From positions 367,102,001 through 367,166,000 of the forward strand of contig OZ024742.1 of NCBI GenBank assembly GCA_964016885.1: a stretch of DNA of 64,000 nucleotides, in the 5' to 3' direction. Shown piece by piece: positions 52,078 to 64,000 of this stretch; positions within the stretch are counted from its first letter, which is position 1, and every line of letters begins with the position of its first letter. Position numbers and translations under genes: made by a program. Source of the DNA: Eledone cirrhosa. Lineage: Eukaryota. The notes beneath the pieces were generated by a model, which was not told where the DNA came from, did not search any database, and saw only the letters and a list, made by a program, of their open reading frames with translations.

Positions 52078-53399
52078 GGTATTAGGAATGGTAAGACCAG
52101 TGGAAACCTTTCGTTGGCCCGATCCAACAACCAGCTTCTTTACGTTTTCCCAGACTTGTGACTATCACACTTTATCAACAATAGTAAGACCAGTAGAAAT
52201 ATTTCCTCGGTCCTATCTGATAATCGTCTTCTTCCTCTCCATGTCAGTGATGTAACTATATATAAATGTCTTTAAAACTCTGCCATTTGACACACTCTCT
52301 TGATCTCTGTAGATTAAACCATCATTATTATTTATTATTCAACATTCTTTTATACGTTTCCGTTTCTTTATATCAAAACTACTGGTATAATAAACAGTAT
52401 TTCCAATATGTATATACATATGCATATATGTATATATATATATATGTGTGCGTGTGTGTGTGCATGTGTGTATGTATGTGTGTGTGTGTGTGTGTGTGTG
52501 CATTGCTTTCACTTGGCAAATTTCTGTTTTTCCTTTCCTCTTCTAGAAGAAATACGATATATGCAGCCAGTGGAGTGGATATGAAACTAAACCTAAGGTT
52601 GCCTCTATTAATTCCCATTCTACATTAGAATTACAAAAGACGATTTCTGTTGCTTTTATGACTCAGTCTATTACTTTCAGTTCCTTGTAATTTGTTCAAT
52701 GAAACGTATCAATTTTAGTTGCAGTGTAGTTGACAACGGTAATAAAACTGCATCAATTTAGGTTTACTTCTTACTACTCACTACTTCTGGCTTTTATCCT
52801 TTTAAGCTTTCATTGGAATATTTCATCTTAGACTATAAAATATCTTTTTGTATTGTATATAATAGCCCCTTGTATTGTATGCCTTTCACCCACTCTAACA
52901 TTTTAACAAACACCAGGGCAAAAGTGATATCGGTTCTCTCTTTGTCCTTCCTGAAGTATTTTGTGAAGGTACACGACCATGCGGCTAGGGTATTTGAACT
53001 CACGATCATAAAGCTGTACGTTCGATTCTTGGAGCGGGAAGGGCGGGGTGTTGTGTTTTTCAACAAGACACTTCACTTCATGTTGATTTTATTAAAATGA
53101 CCAAGAAAGGTCCACTGGTGTTCAACCACGGAGGGGGCCAGAAAAACCTACATACATGAGGGCTGTAACAACGACGTGGGGAGAATATCATTAACACACA
53201 ACTGACAGGGATTCTTCCTATATCTCTCTTCCTCTCTCTTCCTCTCTCTTCCTCTCTCTACCTCTCTCTTCCTCCCTCTTCCTCTCTCTTCCTCTCTCTC
53301 TTCCTCTCTCTCTTCCTCTTTCTCCCTCCTCTCTCTCTCCTTAGATTCAATCACTCGTTTACATACATGTAAAAGGGTGTGCCCCTCCAGGTTTAAAAG

Positions 53400-53743
53400 G
53401 CCTTTTAAACAAAGATACTCAATACTTTCCTTAGGATATTTGCTGTTCCCCAAAACTGTTGTTTTCTGCAATGTCGTAATATGTGGACTGGTTCCAATTC
53501 TATCAAAGTTTTTCTGGAGGTTTACTGTCACTGACCCAAGTGCTCCACAGTTCGTACCACTCTTGTTTCATATTCTACATTCTATTCACATCTATTCTCA
53601 AGTCTGAATACTTTACAATTCTTTACCATTGCTGTAATGGTCTCCTGCGTGACTTACATCGATCCAAAATCACTTCCTTTCAGTACCTTTCTCCACCAAA
53701 GATATGTCTGGCTGAGATTTTTCACCCATTGTTGCTGAAATTG
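53400..53743 (-). pseudogene. R4/Dong-type non-LTR endonuclease relic
   Basis: QPDISLVEK..FWIDV, then LGSVTVNLQK..LQKTTVLG across frameshifts. Confidence 0.6.
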
Positions 53744-56068
53744 TGAGAGTGCCGGACAAGATACCGTGACAGTGTCGGACAAGATGTCGTGAGAGTGTCG
53801 GACAAGATGTCGTGACAGTGTCGGACAAGATGTCGTGACAGTGTCGGACAAGGTGTCGTGAGAGTGTCGGACAAGATGTCGTGACAGTGTCGGACAAGGT
53901 ACCGTGACAGTGGCGGACAAGATGTCGTGACAGTGTCGGACAAGATGTCGTGAGAGTGTCGGACAAGATGTCGTGACAGTGTCGGACAAGATGTCGTGGG
54001 AGTGTCGGACAAGATGTCGTGACAGTGTCGGACATGGTGCTGTGGCAGTGTCGGACAAGGTGCTGTGGCAGTGTCGGACAAGGTACCGTGACAGTGTCGG
54101 ACAAGATGTCGTGACACTGTCGGACAAGGTGTTGTGACAGTGTCGGACAAGGTACCGTGACAGTGTCGGACAAGATGTCGTGACAGTGTCGGACAAGGTA
54201 CCGTGACAGTGTCGGACAAGATGTCGTGAGAGTGTCGGACAAGATGTCGTGACAGTGTCGGACAAGGTACCGTGACAGTGTCGGACAAGATGTCGTGAGA
54301 GCGTCGGACAAGGTGTCGTGACAGTGTCGGACAAGGTACCGTGACAGTGGCGGACAAAGTACTGTGACAGTGTCGGACAAGGTACCGTGACAGTGTCGGA
54401 CAAGATGTCGTGAGAGTGTCGGACAAGGTGCCGTGACAGTGTCGGACAAGGTGCCGTGGCAGTGTCGGACAAGATGTCGTGACAGTGTCGGACAAGGTGC
54501 CGTGGCAGTGTCGGACAAGATGTCGTGACAGTGTCGGACAAGGTACTGTGACAGTGGCGGACAAGGTACTGTGACAGTGTCGGACAAGGTACCGTGACAG
54601 TGGCGGACAAAGTACTGTGACAGTGTCGGACAAGGTACCGTGACAGTGTCGGACAAGGTACCGTGACAGTGGCGGACAAAGTACTGTGACAGTGTCGGAC
54701 AAGGTACCGTGACAGTGTCGGACAAGATGTCGTGAGAGTGTCGGACAAGTTACCGTGACAGTATCGGACAAGATGTCGTGACAGTGTCGGACAAGGTGCC
54801 GTGACAGTGTCGGACAAGGTGCCGTGGCAGTGTCGGACAAGATGTCGTGACAGTGTCGGACAAGGTACTGTGACAGTGGCGGACAAGGTACTGTGACAGT
54901 GTCGGACAAGAGGTCGTGGCAGTGTCGGACAAGATGTCGTGAGAGTGTCGGACAAGATGTCGTGACAGTGTCGGACAAGATGTCGTGACAGTGTCGGACA
55001 AGATGTCGTGACAGTGTCGGACAAGGTGCCGTGACAGTGTCGGACAAGGTGCCGTGGCAGTGTCGGACAAGATGTCGTGACAGTGTCGGACAAGGTACTG
55101 TGACAGTGTCGGACAAGGTGCCGTGACAGTGTCGGACAAGGTGCCGTGACAGTGTCGGACAAGATGTCGTGAGAGTGTCGGACAAGATGGCGTGACAGTG
55201 TCGGACAAGATGTCGTGACAGTGTCGGACAAGATGTCGTGACAGTGTCGGACAAGATGTCGTGACAGTGTCGGACAGGGTGCCGTGACAGTGTCGGACAA
55301 GGTGCCGTGACAGTGTCGGACAAGGTACAGTGACAGTGTCGGACAAGATGTCGTGACAGTGTCGGACAGGGTGCCGTGACAGTGTCGGACAGGGTGCGGT
55401 GACAGTGTCAGACAAGAGGTCGTGACAGTGTCGGACAAGGTGCCGTGGCAGTGTCGGACAAGATGTCGTGACAGTGTCGGACAAGAGGTCGTGACAGTGT
55501 CGGACAGGGTGCCGTGACAGTGTCGGACAAGATGTCGTGACAGTGTCGGACAAGAGGTCGTGACAGTGTCGGACAAGGTGCCGTGACAGTGTCGGACAAG
55601 ATGTCGTGACAGTGTCGGACAAGATGTCGTGAAAGTGTCGGACAAGATGTCGTGAGAGTGTCGGACAAGTGGTCGTGACAGTGTCGACAGGGTGCCGTGA
55701 CAGTGTCGGACAAGATGTCGTGACAGTGTCGGACAAGATGTCGTGAGAGTGTCGGACAAGATGTCGTGACAGTGTCGGACAAGATGTCGTGACAGTGTCG
55801 GACAAGATGTCGTGAGAGTGTCGGATAAGATGTCGTGAGAGTGTCGGACAAGAGGTCGTGACAGTGTCGGACAAGGTGCCGTGACAGTGTCGGACAAGAT
55901 GTCGTGACAGTGTCGGACAAGATGTCGTGAGAGTGTCGGACAAGATGTCGTGACAGTGTCGGACAAGATGTCGTGACAGTGTCGGACAAGATGTCGTGAC
56001 AGTGTTGGACAAGAGGTCGTGACAGTGTCGGACAAGATGTCGTGACAGTGTCGGACAAGATGTCGTGA
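53744..56068. repeat. 23 bp CpG-rich minisatellite, ~100 units
   Basis: GACAGTGTCGGACAAGATGTCGT; explains the 825/533/420 aa periodic ORFs. Confidence 0.98.
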
Positions 56069-56245
56069 GGAAGTTTTTCTCATCTTTTCGAATTCCTGTT
56101 CAAATCCTGCTGTAATTTGTTTGGATAACAAGCATTATTAATTCGTGGTCCGTGCTAATATCACCTGGTCTTTGGGTGCCTTTAGCGAATCTTGCTCTGT
56201 TGCAAGTTAACGGATCTGGGCTCTGGGGTTATAGTCCTCCTTCCG

Positions 56246-56317
<72 letters not shown>

Positions 56318-56982
56318 TCCATCTCTCTCCGCCTCTCTTCCTCTCTCTCTCTCCCTCTCTCCCCCTCTCCCTCTCCCTCTTTCTCTCTCTGTTCAAGACT
56401 TGAAACAAAATATCAGGATTGTATTCTATTCACAACATAAGGAACTCAAACGAAATGTACCCACATCTCACTTATCACGTCAACCAAAGTATCGAATGGT
56501 TATAAAACCTATAAGACGAACATATAAAGAACTTATAAAAAAGGTACGTAAAAGTAGTGGAGGATGTTGTGACAGATGTTATAATTGAAGAGGCTGTAAT
56601 AAAAGCAAACGTGTGGAATATATAACAGATGTGAATAAGAGAAGTGACTGGAGTTAGACTTTACACACGTCAGAATCGACATTGAGGTGGCCTATTATAG
56701 AGAGAGAGGAAGTCGAAAGAAATGTTGCCGCTATTTCAAATGTTTTTCATGATAGAAAGAAATCCAAAACTGTATTAGAAAGAAACCTACTGTGAATGTA
56801 TAATAAACCTGAGACGTTCTGTTATAAAACACAAAGTATTTTCTCATAAAATATCAAGAAATAGCTTGGAACTACTCAGGAAGAAAATTAACAATATTTT
56901 CCAATCAATGTTGCAATAATGAATTATGTTAGCTAAAATATAACAGAGAACAACAGGCATTCTGTGTATGTATATGTACTTG

Positions 56983-57015
<33 letters not shown>

Positions 57016-57130
57016 TTGTGTGCGTTAGGTGTGTAACAACAGTTACAGAATGTACGCCTTTCAAAGCACTCTGTATGTATCGGTGCATGTTGTTAGTGTG
57101 AGTATGTATCTGTATGTATGAATATGTACC

Positions 57131-57171
<41 letters not shown>

Positions 57172-57174
<3 letters not shown>

Positions 57175-57830
57175 GGGAGGGTCATATTGTTGTAATAATA
57201 TTGCCAGAAATAATAACAGAACACACTCACTGTTTGGTTGGTTTTCGCTTCTGTATCTTTTATATCTCCACAGTTAATTCATTTGGTCCTCAATGATTAT
57301 CATTGACTGACCAACGGTCAAAAATACAGATATAATATAGATATAAACACATATATATATAGTCTAACAAGGGTCTTATTACAATAACCAAAACACTGCC
57401 ACCCAAACGCGAACACACACATCAAACACTATACACACACGCAAACGTATGCGCAGAGAAGAAGACAAAAAATAAATAAATAAATAAACAGATAAAATAA
57501 AAATGGCGTAGACATACAATACAACAGGAGGAACATAATAGTACCACTGATGATGTTGTAGATGTGCAACGAAAGAACTTTGTTAGACTATATATATATA
57601 TATGTTTATATCTATATTATATATGTATTTTTGACCGTTGGTCAGTCAATGATAATCATTGAGGACCAAATGAATTAACTGTGGAGATATAAAAGATACA
57701 GAGGCGAAAACCAACCAAACAGTGAGTGTGTTCTGTTATTATTTCTGGCAATATTATTACAACAATATGACCCTCCCCAAGTATAACAATATTTGTTTCT
57801 ACACACTATTTCATATCAAAAACCTCGCAA

Positions 57831-57835
<5 letters not shown>
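57172..57835. mobile_element. Family B fold-back with hammerhead-like core at 57542-57585
   Basis: 57172-57372 mirrored at ~57580-57780; CTGATGA T GTTGTA GATG TGCAAC GAAA; TA on both sides. Confidence 0.85.
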
Positions 57836-57890
<55 letters not shown>

Positions 57891-57957
57891 GTTATATAAC
57901 TGTTATTGAAACACGTGTCAATAAATTCCTTTTACTGAACTGTATCCATTTAAATCC

Positions 57958-58009
<52 letters not shown>

Positions 58010-58419
58010 CTGAAACTTCATAACTTGGGACTCTAGGTTTCGTGTTTCATCCATTTTCAATGAAAAGAAAAACTCATCAAATTATTTTATATGTGTATAT
58101 AAAATATATGAAATCCTTTGAATATGTGATGCACGTTAAGAATAGATCTTTTGATGAGGTAGGGTGTGTCACATTACTATTCAACACATGAATAGCGTTC
58201 TTTGATACGTGCTAACTAAAATATTTTGAACATTTTTCTATTGCAAATTTGCTTGAACAAATTAATTAAGGATTATGAAGTTGGTTCCCTTTGTATCAGA
58301 AACTTTGCCACGAATATAAATCATTCTTAGATGTTTTGCTTTTGGAATGTTTTAGTTACTTTCTTTCATACCGTGAACTTTTGCATGCAGGGTGAGCTCC
58401 AACCTAACGGAACACCAAT

Positions 58420-58520
58420 TAGACGATAGAGAAACTTTCTATGTTTATATAGGGGTGAATATGGAAATAAGCTGTCGAAAATCAAACATCGGCTGCCGTT
58501 TTGGCAAAGCCTATCACTCG
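58420..58520 (+). pseudogene. Possible very old RTE-like RT relic
   Basis: ETFYVYIGVN..NIGCRFGKA resembles F.YLG..I..RI.KA. Confidence 0.3.
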
Positions 58521-58884
58521 GCAGTCATCCTGTCTAGAGTGACAGGTGAAGCCATCACAAACAGCTTGATAGATGTGCAATGTCAGTTAAAGGGTCATCC
58601 ATTGATTGACACTCACACAATGCTGAGTAGGGGAAACTATCTGGGGTCAATAGCTAGGATCACCAAGTCCCTGAAGTGTAATACTGTTAACAACTATAAA
58701 CCTGGTAACATGTAACGGATTAAGAGGTGGGGTGGCTTGAGACTACCTGGACTCAAGCCAGGGACTCTAATATTGAAAGTGCTTTATATTATATTGTTTG
58801 CTTTTGCTACCATTAATAATACACAAGATGAAATGTTCAGCCATGAACTCTTTGTTGCCATACTTAATACACAGGGGTAGATTA

Positions 58885-59147
58885 TAAGTCACTGGGTCTA
58901 TAGTATCTTACATGGCAGAGAAGGGATGATTTAAGTCACGTGGTCTATAGTATCTTACATGGCAGAGTAGGGATGAATTAAGTCACGTGGTCTATATTAT
59001 CTTACATGACAGACAAGGGGGAGGTAAGTCACAGGTCTATATTATGTTAGATGACAGACGAGGGGGAGGTAAGTCACAGGGTCTATATTATGTTACATGA
59101 CAGACAAGGGGGAGGTAAGTCACGGGGTCTATACTATCTCACATGAC
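58885..59147. repeat. ~42-46 bp diverged minisatellite, 6 units
   Basis: TAAGTCAC..GGTCTATA.TATCTTACATG.CAG repeated. Confidence 0.9.
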
Positions 59148-59894
59148 ACGCAATATTAAAATTTAGGCCAGGCTCCCAATACTACCATATACAATAGACA
59201 ATATGAAATATTCAGCCAGGGTCCGCTTGCTTAATCCTCCCCTACTGGTGACAATAGATGTCATTAAGTTACCAAAGACTTTGAAATCACTCTTTCATTC
59301 TTTAGTGTTCGGTGTGACCTGGACTGCAGACGTATGCTAGAATCAATATATAACGGAATTTTATTACGTTCTGCTTTGTTCTGAAATCAAAGCTCGCAGA
59401 AGTGGAATTTGCCATTATTTTATTGAAAAACCAATAGTGCTTGCTAAGTATTGTCCTAATGGCTCTACATCTCTCTTTCAACAATTATCTCTGTGTGAAT
59501 AGAACGGCGCCATATTCTCTATTTATGCATTCAACTTTGAATATTACTATAGATAGGCTTAGTCGCAACAGTTGAAATATTTTCTTGCTTTCAGAACTTA
59601 TGTGACGGCCTTCCGTCGGTTCCAACGATCAGTATTTCAGTTGTTTGGTCAACGGAACATTTTGCTGGTGGAAATTAAAGTAAAATTAACGTGCGCACGT
59701 ATAACATTAATATATATTATATAGACACATGTGGCCATAATATATTTTATATACACACGTCTAACATTTATATATGTTATATAGACACATGTGGCCATAT
59801 ATTTTATATACAAACGTGTAACATTAATATATTTTATATAGACACGTGTGGCCATCATATATTTTATATACACACTTGTGGCCATAATTCATTT

Positions 59895-60135
59895 GCCTCA
59901 CTGTTACCTCACTGTTACCTCACTGTTGCCTCACTGTTGCCTCACTGTTGCCTCACTGTTGCTTCACTGTTGCTTCACTGTTGTTTCACTGTTGCCTCAC
60001 TGTTGCCTCAGTGTTGCCTCACTGTTGCCTCACTGTTGCCTCACTGTTGTCTCACTGTTGCCTCAGTGTTGCCTCACTGTTGCCTCACTGTTGCCTCACT
60101 GTTGCCTCACTATTGCCTCACTGTTGCCTCACTGT
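59895..60135. repeat. 11 bp minisatellite
   Basis: GCCTCACTGTT; preceded by a ~55 bp repeat at 59700-59890. Confidence 0.95.
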
Positions 60136-60164
60136 TCTCTCTATTAGGTGGGAGGTACCAGGAT

Positions 60165-60490
60165 GTGAAACGGGCCTCCGTTGGTTTCAACGATGAGTGT
60201 TCCAGTTGTTCTATCAATCGAACAGCCTGCTCTGATAATTAACGTGTAAACGGCTTACCAGTTCACATGCACCTGTACCCTTAATTTAATTCTCAGAGAG
60301 ATTCAGTATGGCTCTGGTATGTGACAAAGCCAGTTCTTTGTATAACAGGTACAACTCTCTTTTGCCAGTTGAGTAAACTGGAGCTACGTGAAATAAAGTA
60401 TCTTGCTCAAGAACACAACGTACCAGCGGAATCTAACACACGACCTTAAGATTTTCAACCGAACACCCTCACCACCAGGACACTCTCCTT
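60165..60490 (-). mobile_element. Old SINE (S2-like head) on the minus strand
   Basis: Reverse complement of GTTGTGTTCTTGAGCAAGATACTTTATTTCACGT; tail matches 59607-59697 and 61260-61440. Confidence 0.65.
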
Positions 60491-60914
60491 CACTCAGAAC
60501 TTAGTGTTAAGATATTCTAACAAAACAAAAATCTGGTGGCTATTACAGTTTCCATGACTATAGTCTATAAAACTATGATTGGGTGTAAGGAATGGGAGGT
60601 AGGAATTTATGATGATCGATATTTGGTGTTTAAGGGTGTGATTGATGTGGTGGGAGTTGTCTTCTCTCAGAGGATTTCGTAGAAGTGACCTTGGAAACTG
60701 TTTCTACCACATAATCCTTCCTCTATAGACGGAGAAGCCACCATGAACTGTTTCATGGCTTTCATCTTAAAAGAATTTAATTACAATTTTACTTTATTTC
60801 TTTCTTTCTCTTCATTATTTCTTCTTTTCCTTCTTTGTTTTTTGTGTTGTTTCTTGTGTTTTTGTTGTTGTTTTCTTTTCTATATTTCCAATCTTTGTAA
60901 TGTGTTTTCTGAAA

Positions 60915-61107
60915 ACAATAACAATAACAACAGCAACACTAACAACAACACTAACAACAACACTAACAACAACACTAATAACAATAACAACAGCAACACT
61001 AACAACAACACTAATAACAATAACAACAGCAACACAACAACAACACTAACAACAACAACACTAAAAACAACAACAACAACACCACTAACAACAACAACAA
61101 CAACACT

Positions 61108-61138
<31 letters not shown>

Positions 61139-61170
61139 TAACAACACCAATAATAACAACAACAACGGCA
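60915..61170. repeat. (AAC)n degenerate microsatellite
   Basis: AACAACAACACT runs. Confidence 0.95.
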
Positions 61171-62523
61171 ATAAAAGTTAGAAAACAAATGGTTTCTCTT
61201 GACTAGACTGTTGCGAGACTTTCCTCGAGATTAGGCGAAAAGTACCTGTATTTGGAATGGGCTTCCGTCGGTTTTACCGATGAGCGGTCCAGTTGTTCGA
61301 TCAATGGAACAGACTACTATAAAAATTAACGTGAAAGTGTGGCTGACTACTTTCTAGACACATGGCCCTTTAACTAAATTCCCAGGAGACTCAGCGTTAT
61401 ACAGGATGTGTTATAAAACTGAACCATCGTATTACTGGTACAGTCAGTCCGACGGTTTCTGTCTACATAATTTCACTCACAAGGAATAAATAGACCAACC
61501 CGAGTCACCCAATGTGCCGCCATACATTGGAATATTACGAGGGAATTAACGATTGCAAACCAAATATTTTAATCGTTCGGCCATGTTGTGATAAGGATAT
61601 TTAGCGACAAAGGGAGGTACACGATCAATGTGGTCCCAATATCATCGAACAGGTTTCTAATGGCCGCTGAGATTATATTTTAGCTAAATAATATATGATT
61701 GTTTGTTGGTTTGTTTTTCCAGGCTGAAAGAGAATTGGTCCATTTCAGTGTTTCTCAAGGAGGGGCGTGAGACTTCAAAATAGGGCTGTTGGCCTTGTTT
61801 TTAGATTGTTGGACTGATGATCATAAGGTCGTGGGTTCAATTCCTGGAGCTCATAGTATGTTGTATTCTTGAGCAAGGTGCTTTATTTCATGTTGTTCCT
61901 AATGGTAATATTCGGGTCTGGGGTCTCTACCATTAAAATACTTTAGAAACCTCCAATACGATGCAATCTCCTGGGAAGTCAGTTAAACATTCATAGATGT
62001 GAGTTGTTCGTCTTCTTTCTTTTCCGTGTCATTTATATTATATATTATATATTACTAACTTCGGCCGATTACTGAGTGACAGGAGTATGGTTTTATTTCT
62101 TTAACTTTTTGTGGGTGGGAATTAATGAGGCGGGGGACAATAGGAAATTGTAAAAAACACTTGTTTAATTACACATTTCCATGAAATAAGTATTCGATAC
62201 TTCCAGTGTGTTATACTCAGAATTAGAGAAACAGTCAACAACAAACTTAGTGAATATATATGAATTTATCGATCGATCTGCCAGTGAATCAACGAATCAG
62301 TATTATATAGAAAAGATGAGTTATCAAATGATATCATTGAAATCTCCAACTTATCAACTAATCTACTTATACTAAAGAGAAAATTTAGTTTTTATTTAAG
62401 AAATAAGGTCAGCTTGTCTGAGATTTTATGTTGGAGAATAAATATGATTACCTTTATATATCAATAACGATACAACATTTATTCTTTTTACAATATATAT
62501 ATATACATGTGTGTGTGTGTTCA

Positions 62524-62577
<54 letters not shown>

Positions 62578-62718
62578 AACAAACACACACACACATGTAT
62601 ATATATATATTGTAGAAAGAATAAATAACCAGTATTAAACTAGTAAGACTATTATTAGACGGAATACAATAAATAGAATTTTAGAGTGTGGCTATATTAG
62701 AAGGAGTCGGGGCAAGAG

Positions 62719-63409
<691 letters not shown>

Positions 63410-63877
63410 CATATATATATATAAAGATATATATATATAAGATAAATGTTGAAATGGGTTGTTAGTAATATATCTATAATGACATTAGTAATGACATGAA
63501 AGAAAGTGTTATATATACGAGAGGTAGTAGCTTTACTAAACATCTCTACTACAACATGATGCGGCATACTTGTCAGATATTATATACCATCTGTTATAAT
63601 CAGCCTTAATAGATTTATATCTGCTATTGTACAATCTACAATTTCATTCACGTTATCGTAACATCGTTTAGACAACTACGTTATATACACATATATATAT
63701 ATATATATACACACTCACACACATACACACACTCACACACTCACACACAGACTCACACACACACACTCACACACACACACTCACACATACACTCACACAC
63801 ACACACACTCACACACACACACACTCACACACACACACTCACACACACACACACTCACACACACACTCACACACACA

Positions 63878-63973
<96 letters not shown>

Positions 63974-63975
<2 letters not shown>

Positions 63976-64000
63976 GGAACAAGTATGACCCCGACAGCAG
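63974..64000. mobile_element. Fold-back family A, copy 12 (cut by window end)
   Basis: TAGGAACAAGTATGACCCCGAC after TA tract. Confidence 0.75.

Noticed and set aside
53654-56131. 825, 533 and 420 aa Cys/His-rich ORFs
   Set aside because: 23 bp unit read through all three frames; periodic artefact

Overview
AT-rich, repeat-saturated animal genomic DNA. The SINE content and (TA)n/(CA)n/(GA)n density suggest a cephalopod such as Octopus (inference). No host gene can be identified with confidence, and almost all ORFs in the track are microsatellite or minisatellite artefacts. Real coding remnants are transposon-derived: a near-intact Penelope-like retroelement (RT + GIY-YIG, 12511-14639, one frameshift in a C5 run, with a ~550 bp inverted terminal copy), three more Penelope-like endonuclease fragments, a deleted Helitron (Rep + Pif1 helicase, 33552-37154), a non-autonomous Helitron, and old RTE, R4/Dong-like and CR1-like LINE fragments. 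Two tRNA-derived SINE families are present. A 13 kb block holds five adjacent tandem arrays (27, 60, 28, 43 and 3 bp units), and there is a separate 23 bp array. The most striking signal is a dense population of short fold-back (palindromic) inserts inside (TA)n tracts. Many of them carry hammerhead ribozyme cores: at least seven motifs fold into complete type I hammerheads by manual pairing, including U3-A8 covariant cores and one with an 85 nt stem II. One family has 12 copies with fixed ends and copy-specific covarying arms. This fits TA-microsatellite-targeted Penelope-type retrotransposition leaving ribozyme-bearing pLTR relics or non-autonomous elements. All folds were read by eye; no searches were run.
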